Virus record (IMG/VR): IMGVR_UViG_3300031566_000100
Span: 1 to 44,251 of that record
Strand: one strand, 5' to 3'
DNA: 44,251 nt
Origin: a virus
The notes under the pieces were generated by a model that saw only the letters and a program-made list of their open reading frames with translations, did no database searches and was not told the origin of the DNA. Made by a program: the position numbers and the translations under genes. This document shows, piece after piece, positions 18,787 through 26,756 of this stretch (its first letter is position 1; each line of letters starts with the position of its first letter).

Positions 18787-19548
18787 TTAATACAGTTGGG
18801 CCCCGTTCTGCTCCGCAATCTTGATGAACTCCTCATCGCTCATATTGACATACCTGCCTTCTTCGCTCAGGCCCCCGCCACCCTTGACGTTGCTGGAGGA
18901 CTTAACCCTGTTAGCGTTGGCAACAGCTTCACTAATCTTGTCTGTGTTTATGGGTTTATTTTTGTCCTTTTCGGCGGGTTTGGTCGCTTGATGAATGGTC
19001 TGGTATGCCTTTGCAATCTCATAAGCTGTCAGCTGAGGATTTGAACTTGTCTGTATCTGCGTTATCAGGGCCGGATTGGTTTTTAATGCTTCGTTCAACG
19101 GTTTGGCAAACTGTCCCCTGGCAATATCTTCAGGTTTTCCAACCAATTGTGAAAAATCAGGACGGTCAAGCTTAAATTGCAGATTTGCAAGCTGGGTGCC
19201 TATAGTCCTTCCGTAATACTCCATAATCTGCTTTTGCTGCTTTACGTTCGGAATGTCCTCATCTCCTTCGAGCCCGACTTCCTTGAAAATATCAAACGTC
19301 TCTGTCGGTTTTTGCCGTTGGGTGGATACATTCGCGCTCATAATCGCAAGTTGCTGCTGCAGTAGTTGGTTTTGAGTTTTCAGTTGCTCGGCTTCGGCAG
19401 TCTTTTCCTGAAAACGGTCATAAGGAACGGTCTGCTGCTCTTGACCTTTTTCTTCTGCCTGGCCGCTGGCTTCAGTTGTAGTATCCTCTGCCTGAGTATC
19501 CGTTTGATTTTCCGCTACTTGATTTTCAACCTGATTTTCCTGTTCCAT
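18787..19548 (-). CDS. Scaffolding protein
   Basis: 253 aa, acidic and Q/E-rich, helical (MEQENQVENQVAENQTDTQAEDTT..., QLKTQNQLLQQQLAI); located between the portal region and the capsid gene. Confidence 0.7.
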   Translation of the reverse strand: MEQENQVENQVAENQTDTQAEDTTTEASGQAEEKGQEQQTVPYDRFQEKTAEAEQLKTQNQLLQQQLAIMSANVSTQRQKPTETFDIFKEVGLEGDEDIPNVKQQKQIMEYYGRTIGTQLANLQFKLDRPDFSQLVGKPEDIARGQFAKPLNEALKTNPALITQIQTSSNPQLTAYEIAKAYQTIHQATKPAEKDKNKPINTDKISEAVANANRVKSSSNVKGGGGLSEEGRYVNMSDEEFIKIAEQNGAQLY

Positions 19549-19703
19549 TGTTTTTTCCTTTCTGTGACTTCAAGACCCGGCTTCGGCCTGTTTGAGTCTT
19601 CGGCGAAAAGACCCGCATTTAACGCCATAGCCCGTGTCACTGTTAATTTATCCTTTGTATCCTGCCGCGTGGGCAGCTTGTCCCTGTTTATTAGCTTTCC
19701 TTT

Positions 19704-20054
19704 TTAGTACACAATCGGCATACCTCTTGCCGACTCCACTACCGGTTCAATTATCTTGTCCTCATATTCAATCTGCGGCTCTACGGGCGCATCCAGCGGC
19801 AATACCCAAAGTTGTTTGATACTGCCCGTCTTGTTGTTGACGAGCCAGCACATTGTATTCAGCATTTTGGGGGGGCGCTTCGCCCTCGGCGAAAAGACTG
19901 AACGTAACTGGCTGTTATTCGCATACCAATTGGCGTGATATAACACATAGTAAGGCTCCCGCCTGTGCTTGTTCTTTGCCAGCACGGCGTCAAAGCCCCG
20001 CTCAAACTCAGCCACCATACAAGGCAGAATTTCACCAGTCTGTACCATTCTCAT
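19704..20054 (-). CDS. Hypothetical protein (116 aa)
   Basis: ORF between portal and scaffold; no motif. Confidence 0.5.
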   Translation of the reverse strand: MRMVQTGEILPCMVAEFERGFDAVLAKNKHRREPYYVLYHANWYANNSQLRSVFSPRAKRPPKMLNTMCWLVNNKTGSIKQLWVLPLDAPVEPQIEYEDKIIEPVVESARGMPIVY

Positions 20055-20058
20055 TTCC

Positions 20059-21981
20059 CTATCTCCGTGTCATTGCCGTTTTGCGCGCATTCACGTTCAA
20101 CGTCTCAAGCGCAATAATTCTGTCCAACAAACCAAATACATCCTGATTTTTTAGTTTCTGTATCTCTGTAGCCGTCTTAACCCGCGCAAGAACTTTATCA
20201 GCACGGTTTTCCTCGGCTTGAGTCTGTCGCTCAACACCACGCCCCATATCAGCCGCAATCTTCGCTTCACGCATCCGGTCAAGAAGCTGCTTTTCTTTCA
20301 GCAATTCCTGCTGGCCCGCCGCTTCCTGCTGTTCCTGCCTGCCTATTTCCTCAAGCAGTTTCTGCTTCATCTGAATCGGGGCGTTCTCGAAAATCATTCG
20401 CCAACTTATCGGTGCACCCTGATTCTTGGCGTTTATCAGTTCCAGGTAGAACATCTGCCGTTGTGTTTCGGTAAGTACCCCCTCTTGCGGCACTACGTCA
20501 TATTGTGCCAGGTCTGTCTTGTAGAATCCCTCTGCAACCGGCTCGTTCAGAATCCGCTCAACACGCTGCGAATTGTAATTTGCCTGAATAAGTTTAATCA
20601 GTTTGAAACCAAGCTGTTTTTTGCTGAATCGAAGATTATCAAATAAATCCTGTAGCGCTACCAGCCCGGCACCCTGCCGCAGTTTCATCAGGTAACCCGA
20701 CATCTGGGCGTTCAACTCATCATTGCCGAACATCGAGTCGTTGATGCCGGCAATCTCATTGATAATGCTCATAAGCGTTTGGTTAAGCTGAAGCAGGCCT
20801 GGTTGCACATCGCCCGGGTTGTCTCTGAATATAATCTTCTGGCCGGCTATCGCCCCTTCTTTTACCAAGAGACCTTTGCCCTGACCGCTGGTATGAATGT
20901 CATCCGGGTTTACCAGGGCATTTTCTTCCGCCACAATGCCCGATGCCATTTGGCTATCGAGAATATCGATAATCTTTGAAAGCCGTTTTGAAAGCTCTCG
21001 CTGCGGGCCCCGAATAGGTCGGACAATACCCTGCAGCTTCTTGGACATATCATCGTAATCGGGATACCAGAACCCCATAATCGCAATGAACGGATATTCG
21101 TCTATCTTGTTCGGGTCCGGGCCGTTCCAAACCAGCCGGCCATTCACGTAACACTCCAACTCAACGGTCTCTTTCTCCTCTGTCCACGATACAAGCTGTA
21201 ATGGGTATTGATTAAGCAGTGCATCAAGCTCTTCTTTATCGCTCTTCCACTCAAAAAACTGCTTTGTCCGGCGATTGCCGATAAATCTTGCTTTGCGAAG
21301 TTTTTGTTGCCAGAACGCCGAATAATTACAGCGTTTACCCTCGTCCCGGCCCCTGCCTCTATAAGCAGAAAACGGCAGGCTTGCTCCGCTTTCAGTAGTT
21401 GTTTTGGCATATTCGGCAATGAGATTATCCTTACCCGGCACCAGCGATTGAACGTCCGAAGTTAACATTCCTTCCTCGTGGATTATGATATGGCCGCAAT
21501 CGCTCAAGTCGCGCTGGGTAAAGTGCGGGTCCAATAAGCATTTGTTGTAACCTTTGCGGCTGAACTTAATCCGCCCGTTACGGTCAAGATATGGCTCGAC
21601 AAGGTTCAAACCGGTTATCAACGCCCCAACCTCGAAGGCATCGCTTACTATCTCATACCCCCTTTGATTCTCCATCAAAGGCATTACCAAGCCCGTCAAC
21701 TGGCTCGCTACCTTGTCGTCTTCGCCTTCAGCCGGGCCGATTTTCAAAGCAAGCCGGTTGCGCCTCTCATAGCCGGTAATAAGTTTGACGACTCGCCGGG
21801 TGAGATTGAAGTTATTGACCTCGCGGTTCTCCTGCATGAAATACACAATGTCTGCCGCCGTCCAGGGATGGTCCACGACATGCTTAAAGTCAGTGTGAGC
21901 CTCTGAAATCCAGGGATACCAAAGGTCATAAGCGTCGTTAAACGCCGACTCAAAATCCTTTTCTTTGTCCTTGTCGCTCAT
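20059..21981 (-). CDS. Portal protein
   Basis: 640 aa, first large gene after the terminase region; N-terminal pattern ADIVYFMQENREVNNFNLTRRVVKLITGYERRNRLALKIGPAEGED resembles the conserved portal N-terminal block; helical C-terminus. Confidence 0.75.
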   Translation of the reverse strand: MSDKDKEKDFESAFNDAYDLWYPWISEAHTDFKHVVDHPWTAADIVYFMQENREVNNFNLTRRVVKLITGYERRNRLALKIGPAEGEDDKVASQLTGLVMPLMENQRGYEIVSDAFEVGALITGLNLVEPYLDRNGRIKFSRKGYNKCLLDPHFTQRDLSDCGHIIIHEEGMLTSDVQSLVPGKDNLIAEYAKTTTESGASLPFSAYRGRGRDEGKRCNYSAFWQQKLRKARFIGNRRTKQFFEWKSDKEELDALLNQYPLQLVSWTEEKETVELECYVNGRLVWNGPDPNKIDEYPFIAIMGFWYPDYDDMSKKLQGIVRPIRGPQRELSKRLSKIIDILDSQMASGIVAEENALVNPDDIHTSGQGKGLLVKEGAIAGQKIIFRDNPGDVQPGLLQLNQTLMSIINEIAGINDSMFGNDELNAQMSGYLMKLRQGAGLVALQDLFDNLRFSKKQLGFKLIKLIQANYNSQRVERILNEPVAEGFYKTDLAQYDVVPQEGVLTETQRQMFYLELINAKNQGAPISWRMIFENAPIQMKQKLLEEIGRQEQQEAAGQQELLKEKQLLDRMREAKIAADMGRGVERQTQAEENRADKVLARVKTATEIQKLKNQDVFGLLDRIIALETLNVNARKTAMTRR

Positions 21982-21990
21982 TTTTTTGCC

Positions 21991-22032
21991 AAATAAAAAA
22001 CCCGACAGTCCTGATTTCTCAGAACTGTCGGG
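21991..22032 (-). terminator. Strong rho-independent terminator on the minus strand, 9 nt upstream of the portal ATG
   Basis: Minus-strand RNA: CCCGACAGUUCUGA GAAA UCAGGACUGUCGGG (14-bp stem with one G-U pair, GNRA loop) followed by UUUUUUAUUU. Confidence 0.8.
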
Positions 22033-22091
22033 CTATTTCTTATGGTAAAGAAGTAAGTCCGACTTACTTAAACACTAAATTGTAAAAGATA

Positions 22092-22172
22092 CTACGATTT
22101 AAGTTGAATATATAACATCAATGCTACTCCACAAAGAAGTCCTGCAAGAAAGCCTATTATAAAATTACTCAT
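22092..22172 (-). CDS. 26-aa hydrophobic peptide (MSNFIIGFLAGLLCGVALMLYIQLKS)
   Basis: ATGA overlap with the stop of the 22169..22363 ORF; single TM-length hydrophobic core; below the 60-aa cutoff of the ORF track. Confidence 0.35.
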   Translation of the reverse strand: MSNFIIGFLAGLLCGVALMLYIQLKS

Positions 22173-22363
22173 ATCCTTACCATCGTCTTACCAACTTCCC
22201 CGGTCTTTAACTCTGAATTATGCACGTGAAAAGTAACTTCCAGCGTGCCATACACAACTTCTGCAGCCAATCTTCGCAGGTTCTTGAGCATGCGAAACTC
22301 CGCATTACTAACACTTATGCCAAGCGTCTCAGCAGTTGTCAAGTTTATTTTAGAGTCCATCAC
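22169..22363 (-). CDS. Hypothetical protein (64 aa)
   Basis: ORF overlap-coupled to the upstream 110-aa ORF. Confidence 0.45.
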   Translation of the reverse strand: MMDSKINLTTAETLGISVSNAEFRMLKNLRRLAAEVVYGTLEVTFHVHNSELKTGEVGKTMVRI

Positions 22364-22682
22364 AAAATTTTCCCAACTGTGCCTTGCGGACAGGTCCTAA
22401 TTTCCAAGCTATAGTCCAATGCGCCTTCACCTCACGCACCTTTCCAATATCCGCCCTGGTAAGTCCCAGCATCTCATAATTATCATCTTTGACTCTTATA
22501 GTTGCTGCCGGCCAGTAATTTATGACCCATTTTATTCTCTCCTGAAATTCGCTCGGTATAAAAGAATCTATCCCTCTTTGAAGTTCTTTTCTTGCCGCAT
22601 TTTCAGTCACCGGAGTTAAGTCCTCGACTGTCATAAAATCCATGTATTGTTTTGCTGGGTCAAATGGCACTGTTTGCCTCAT
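22350..22682 (-). CDS. Hypothetical protein (110 aa)
   Basis: ORF directly downstream of the large terminase; no motif. Confidence 0.5.
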   Translation of the reverse strand: MRQTVPFDPAKQYMDFMTVEDLTPVTENAARKELQRGIDSFIPSEFQERIKWVINYWPAATIRVKDDNYEMLGLTRADIGKVREVKAHWTIAWKLGPVRKAQLGKFCDGL

Positions 22683-22706
22683 GGCACTGTTTGCCTCATT
22701 TTATCT

Positions 22707-24179
22707 CTACCCATAATTCAAAGGTTTTCTGTGCCGGTCTGCAAGCTCCCTGGCTTGCTCTGCCGTCATACCCACTCTGCCGCATTTTTTTACGGCTACC
22801 GAAGCGTAGCGCATCATATCCGCCGCATGGTCTGTACCATCCTTTTCCGGCACACCGGTAAACACCGGATTGTCCTCTGTGCTCATTTGCCGATTGATAC
22901 GTTCGTGGTATCCCTGCAAGCACTCAATCAGCCTGGCACATCGAACCTTATCAAACCGGCAGCAGTCAAGAAACTGCCGTGTCCGCTCGATACCCTCGTT
23001 TACCCGGTGCTCACGAGGTAATGCCTTCGGCAAATAATGGAACTGCCGCAGGGTTTCAATCGCCGTCTCACCCGTGATTATCCTGGTTGCGTTGCTATCC
23101 ATATCGCACGGCACAAATATATCTGCGTAACGGTACCCACGTTCTAACTTACGGGCATCAAATAACTCAACGTACTTTGCAATACTTAACCCGCTATCCT
23201 CGTAATAATCGATAAAATTAACATTGGTCTCAATCACCTGCATAAAACCAATAGCGGTTGTATAGCCAGGGTCCATAATGATATATACCGGATAGTTCGG
23301 GTTATGGTCAAGGTAATCAAGGAACCGGCCCTTTTTCTCAAGTTCGGCCATCTTCTTGCCGTAGTATGCACCCTCAGCTCCCTTCTCGGATATGCCGCCC
23401 TCAACACGCACCCTGTATTCATCCGAATCAACCCCATACTTGAGCCTAATCCGCTGCTCATAGTCACGGCCATAAACGCCTGGTATAAGTTGCTCGCCCG
23501 TCTGATATACCGGTGTATCCTTCACCGAAATCTGTATCCGGTTCCAGGTCGGGTCACGCAAGGCCGCTGCAAAGTCGCCGTACTTGCTTGTGGGATTACC
23601 TATAGCTAACACCCGCTTAAACGGTGCGCCGATGTGCTCTATCGCCCTGTATATCTCTGGTAATATGCCCGCTGCCTCATCGAGTATAATCAGCACGTGC
23701 TCATTGTGTATGCCCTGTACCTTTGTGGCCTCTTGAGTAATCGTGTCCTGGCGTGTCGAAATACCTACGGCATACCATATCCGCCCTGTCGCAGGCTGCA
23801 TATCAAGCATAGTCGCGGTCAGCTTGCCGCCTAACGGAATCCGGGCGCCACTGTGAGCCGTCCTTATCTCACGCCAAAGTAGGTTTTTGACCTGATGTCC
23901 GCTCGGTGCGGTAGTTACCACTGTGCAAGGGCAATAACAATACAAAAATGTCAACGCAATCCGCGCCGCCCCGTAAGTTTTGCTCACACCGTGCCCCGCC
24001 TGTACGGCTGTACGCTCGTTATCACGCACAGAATCATTGACTTCGCACATCTTCGACCAGAGGTGCTCAGGCTGGACGTCTAATGCGTGGGTCATAAACC
24101 AGTTATAGTCCTGCTGGCCGCGTGTAACCAATTCCTGGGCCGCCTCTGCATCAGCCTTGCTTATTGTCGCTGTCTCCAC
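22707..24179 (-). CDS. terL: Terminase large subunit
   Basis: 490 aa. Walker A-like QAGHGVSKTYGAA, Walker B LIILDEAAGI, nuclease-half acidic motifs (IIMDPGY, FVPCDMD); overlaps the terS stop. Confidence 0.85.
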   Translation of the reverse strand: METATISKADAEAAQELVTRGQQDYNWFMTHALDVQPEHLWSKMCEVNDSVRDNERTAVQAGHGVSKTYGAARIALTFLYCYCPCTVVTTAPSGHQVKNLLWREIRTAHSGARIPLGGKLTATMLDMQPATGRIWYAVGISTRQDTITQEATKVQGIHNEHVLIILDEAAGILPEIYRAIEHIGAPFKRVLAIGNPTSKYGDFAAALRDPTWNRIQISVKDTPVYQTGEQLIPGVYGRDYEQRIRLKYGVDSDEYRVRVEGGISEKGAEGAYYGKKMAELEKKGRFLDYLDHNPNYPVYIIMDPGYTTAIGFMQVIETNVNFIDYYEDSGLSIAKYVELFDARKLERGYRYADIFVPCDMDSNATRIITGETAIETLRQFHYLPKALPREHRVNEGIERTRQFLDCCRFDKVRCARLIECLQGYHERINRQMSTEDNPVFTGVPEKDGTDHAADMMRYASVAVKKCGRVGMTAEQARELADRHRKPLNYG

Positions 24180-24585
24180 TTACAACTCCACTTATAGCCT
24201 GCGCCAAAGTTACCTGCCCGCTTACATCGAGCTTCTTTGTGATTCTCTGCCTGAGGGCATTATACTCTCTGATTGCCCCCAGCTTCGAGCCAAAATCGGC
24301 ATCTTGGGTTATAAGAAAAGCTAATTGTTTATCAACATGCTCCTCATTAAGGGTCACCTGAAGCAAATCATTGATATAGGCTAAAACGTTAGTGCTTGTT
24401 AGTAGCTTATGGGCATTGACTTTAGCGGTGTTGTAGCCCCCTTTTTTGCTCACGTCAATGTCATAGGCCTCACCGTATGATTGTACGCCATTGCCGAAGA
24501 ACTCCCTATCTGTAGCATATAATTCGCAGAACCGCTTTCGCCGGAGCGTCAACTTGGCAACCTGTTTTTTGGCTTTATTCGCCAT
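24151..24585 (-). CDS. terS: Terminase small subunit
   Basis: MANKAKKQVAKLTLRRKRFCELYATDREFFGNGVQSYGEAY...NTAKVNAHKLLTSTNVLAYI matches the Terminase_2 HTH pattern (LTxKQxxF...Y...N...A). Start moved to the ATG at 24585, preceded by GAAGGGA. Confidence 0.75.
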   Translation of the reverse strand: MANKAKKQVAKLTLRRKRFCELYATDREFFGNGVQSYGEAYDIDVSKKGGYNTAKVNAHKLLTSTNVLAYINDLLQVTLNEEHVDKQLAFLITQDADFGSKLGAIREYNALRQRITKKLDVSGQVTLAQAISGVVSGDSDNKQG

Positions 24586-24749
24586 ATAATTCCCTTCTTG
24601 AAGCACTAAAAACTACTTCTTATGGCCCAAAATCAGGCTCCACGCAAGCCTAAAAACCTTTGCTCTGATCCGCGCATCAATCACATTCTGCGCGCCTTTG
24701 CGTTGTACTGCAACTTTTTTTTGTCGTTTATGAATTGCCATGCCATACA

Positions 24750-24776
24750 ATTATATCATCTGTTTATTTTTGTCAA
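24750..24776 (-). promoter_or_regulatory. Sigma70-type promoter candidate facing terS and the morphogenesis block
   Basis: Minus strand reads TTGACA-15 nt-TATAAT (both hexamers perfect) in the AT-rich divergent region. Confidence 0.45.
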
Positions 24777-24909
24777 CATCTTTTTACATATTTGTTGTTT
24801 TTCTTCAACAGGTGCTGTTAGCCAAGTGTCCAGTGATTATTTTATTTCTCTGTTTTTCTGCGTTTTCAGGCCAATAACAATGATTTTCAGCCTTTTTTCG
24901 GATTTGCTA

Positions 24910-24938
24910 TTGACTTTTGGCTGTTTCGGACGATAATA
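24910..24938 (+). promoter_or_regulatory. Sigma70-type promoter candidate for the plus-strand early island
   Basis: TTGACT-17 nt-ATAATA on the plus strand, about 155 nt upstream of the first plus-strand ORF. Confidence 0.4.
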
Positions 24939-24960
24939 GATAGAGAGGTAAAAATTTTAT

Positions 24961-25042
24961 GGACTCGGCTAAAAACACAATCCAATATCAACCAACAAGC
25001 TCGCCTTGTGTCTGCGTTGCAATTCTGACTTTAGCCGAGTCC
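24961..25042 (+). repeat. 13-bp perfect inverted repeat enclosing 56 nt (82-nt stem-loop in the leader of the plus-strand island)
   Basis: ggactcggctaaa (24961..24973) pairs with tttagccgagtcc (25030..25042); inner acaag/cttgt hairpin. Confidence 0.7.
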
Positions 25043-25094
25043 AGTCTTCAGCGCGGCACAGGCGGGCTTGTTTTATTTATGAAAGGGCAGGTAA

Positions 25095-25592
25095 ATGGTA
25101 TCTGTAAAAAGTATTCTTGGAGATTACGTGCAAAAACAGAAAAACTATGAGCAAAAACGCGGTAAAATTAACAACAGGATAACCCAGCGCGAAAATCAAA
25201 TTAAAAGGCTCAAAAACAAACTTACACGATTGGATCCTATAAACTGGATTGATGAGATACTCCAACCTATCGCTGAGTTACTTGTAAAAAAAATGCCTGA
25301 CCGGTATTATGAGATTTTAGGGCCTTTTGGCTTAACTTCACACACAGCCCTACATTTCTACAAAAAAGAAGTGACTAACAAAAACCGTTTTGAGAAAGGT
25401 AACTGCTTGAGTATAGATTTCAGGCCAGTTAATCTCGATATAGGCGAAATTGTCCTTGTGGATAATACTACTGATACTGGCAAATATAAGAACGGCACAA
25501 TGGGGGAAGTAAACGGAATGAACCACCCCAACGTGCCAATGAAAAAAACCATAGACGAATTATTAGACTGGATAAATCGGCAGAATGCCTAA
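25095..25592 (+). CDS. Hypothetical protein (165 aa), N-terminal coiled coil
   Basis: ATG preceded by gaaagggcaggtaa, the RBS block shared by plus-strand genes. Confidence 0.6.
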   Translation: MVSVKSILGDYVQKQKNYEQKRGKINNRITQRENQIKRLKNKLTRLDPINWIDEILQPIAELLVKKMPDRYYEILGPFGLTSHTALHFYKKEVTNKNRFEKGNCLSIDFRPVNLDIGEIVLVDNTTDTGKYKNGTMGEVNGMNHPNVPMKKTIDELLDWINRQNA

Positions 25593-25593
25593 C

Positions 25594-25673
25594 AGGCTGA
25601 CCGGCTTTAGCCCGGTTCGAGTCCGGGCACAGCCTTTGAGATTATTAACCTTAACTGAAAGGGTAAAAAAATG
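25594..25673 (+). repeat. Intergenic cassette copy 1: tRNA 3'-end-like minihelix plus conserved RBS block
   Basis: aggctgaccggctttaGCCCGGTTCGAGTCCGGGCACAGCCtttgagattattaaccttaactgaaagggtaaaaaaATG; about 75 nt repeated at 26029..26103. Confidence 0.85.
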
Positions 25674-26030
25674 GCACGGTACAAAGCAATTTGGATTTAT
25701 GGCCCGCAATGTACGCGGGCAGGGCAAGAAAAAGCACGCCGCGAAGCCAGAACACTCCCGGAATTCGCACAAAAACTCTGCCAAGTTTACGGGAACTTTC
25801 TCGGAGACGGCTTCAGTTGCTACGAATTCAAAAATGAGGATGCCGTCTTCAACTGTTTCGGCTCCGATGATTTGCCGGACTGGTTCGCGGCCGTAACTGG
25901 CTACCCTGTATACGTTTTCTCAAGCTGTTTCGGACGAGAAATCTTATGCAATCCGACCGCCACTGCGATTATCAATCAGATTCGCGGCGAATCCTACGGT
26001 GATTATGATTTAACGATTATGGGTGTTTAG
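25671..26030 (+). CDS. Hypothetical protein (119 aa)
   Basis: Start follows the conserved cassette; preferred over the overlapping 25585 frame, which reads through the repeat. Confidence 0.55.
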   Translation: MARYKAIWIYGPQCTRAGQEKARREARTLPEFAQKLCQVYGNFLGDGFSCYEFKNEDAVFNCFGSDDLPDWFAAVTGYPVYVFSSCFGREILCNPTATAIINQIRGESYGDYDLTIMGV

Positions 26031-26103
26031 GCTGCCCGGCCTGGTTCGAGTCCGGGCACAGCCCGTAAGATTATTAACCTTAACTGAAAGGGCAGGTAAA
26101 ATG
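26029..26103 (+). repeat. Intergenic cassette copy 2: tRNA 3'-end-like minihelix plus conserved RBS block
   Basis: aggctgcccggCCTGGTTCGAGTCCGGGCACAGCCcgtaagattattaaccttaactgaaagggcaggtaaaATG. Confidence 0.85.
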
Positions 26104-26295
26104 GCTGATTATATAAATTGTAAATGTTGCCACACGGCCTGTCGCATACGCCGCAGTAAACGGCACGACAAGACCAATCCTGATATATTGCTATGCGGCG
26201 AAATTATCTATCATCAAAACGGTACAAAGGAATGGCGGGAATACGGCAGAGTCAATGAAAAAACTAATCAGATATTGTCTATGAGTCTTCTTTAG
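26101..26295 (+). CDS. Hypothetical Cys-rich protein (64 aa)
   Basis: MADYINCKCCHTACRIRR...; start reset to the ATG after the cassette (the track frame starts inside the repeat). Confidence 0.5.
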   Translation: MADYINCKCCHTACRIRRSKRHDKTNPDILLCGEIIYHQNGTKEWREYGRVNEKTNQILSMSLL

Positions 26296-26315
26296 CGGCA
26301 CAGCCGCAGAAAGGG
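26294..26315 (+). repeat. 22-nt hairpin-plus-RBS motif, copy 1 (agcGGCacaGCCgcagaaaggg)
   Basis: GCGGC-ACA-GCCGC hairpin followed by AGAAAGGG, 10 nt before the ATG at 26326. Confidence 0.8.
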
Positions 26316-26325
26316 ATATAAGATT

Positions 26326-26568
26326 ATGGGCCTTAATTATGATAACGAGCATTGCCGCATAGCGGCTAAAATGTTGGAAACAGAACCAGACTTGCTGGAT
26401 TACCGCCTGATAGAATACTTAAATGCTATATCTGCGCTTATAATTTGTGGAGGCGGAGAATTTATCAGCAGGCAAGCAATAGCCGTAGCTATCGTAGGCT
26501 GGAGAGAAGATAAAGCAGATGATTTTACCGAGATAGCGGCACAGCCGCAGAAAGGGTTAAAAAAATGA
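26326..26568 (+). CDS. Hypothetical protein (80 aa)
   Basis: Follows motif copy 1; its own 3' end encodes motif copy 2 (..EIAAQPQKGLKK); ATGA overlap with the next ORF. Confidence 0.55.
   Translation: MGLNYDNEHCRIAAKMLETEPDLLDYRLIEYLNAISALIICGGGEFISRQAIAVAIVGWREDKADDFTEIAAQPQKGLKK
26535..26556 (+). repeat. 22-nt hairpin-plus-RBS motif, copy 2
   Basis: Identical agcggcacagccgcagaaaggg. Confidence 0.8.
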
Positions 26569-26756
26569 CAGTGCGCAATGATTGGGTTGGCCATTTACGC
26601 AGGTACACTCTTAGGGAATTGCGCCGCCGGCAAAGCATAAATGAACAGCAAATACAGATTGCATATAAAACTCACAACGCCGATGCTTTAGTGCAGTTGC
26701 AAAATATGAATGATAGTTTGGCTGAAGCTGTATATCTGAATGAATTTGCTTATTAG
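26565..26756 (+). CDS. Hypothetical protein (63 aa)
   Basis: ATGA-coupled to the upstream ORF. Confidence 0.5.
   Translation: MTVRNDWVGHLRRYTLRELRRRQSINEQQIQIAYKTHNADALVQLQNMNDSLAEAVYLNEFAY

Noticed and set aside
24613-24741. 42-aa basic ORF (MAIHKRQKKVAVQRKGAQNVIDARIRAKVFRLAWSLILGHKK) upstream of terS; also track ORF 24622-24936 on the plus strand
   Set aside because: The 42-aa ORF has no SD, and its ATG coincides with the predicted transcription start of the minus-strand promoter. The plus-strand ORF is AT-rich spacer with F/L/C-rich translation. Neither call is supportable without expression data.
24959-25150. 63-aa plus-strand ORF with a GAGAGG upstream
   Set aside because: It is translated straight through both arms of the 13-bp inverted repeat and overlaps the next, better-supported ORF out of frame. 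It is more likely a structured leader.
25594-25634. Complete tRNA gene (also at 26029-26063), suggested by GGTTCGAGTCC
   Set aside because: Only the T-arm and the 3' acceptor strand are present. There is no matching 7-nt 5' acceptor strand (GGCTGTG), D-arm or anticodon arm within 90 nt upstream.
25622-25645. Sigma-54 promoter (GGCAC-N5-TTG..) in the repeated GGCACAGCC motif
   Set aside because: Only copy 1 has TTGA at the -12 position, and it lacks the conserved GC. The other copies have gtaa or caga, so the spacing and consensus are not maintained.
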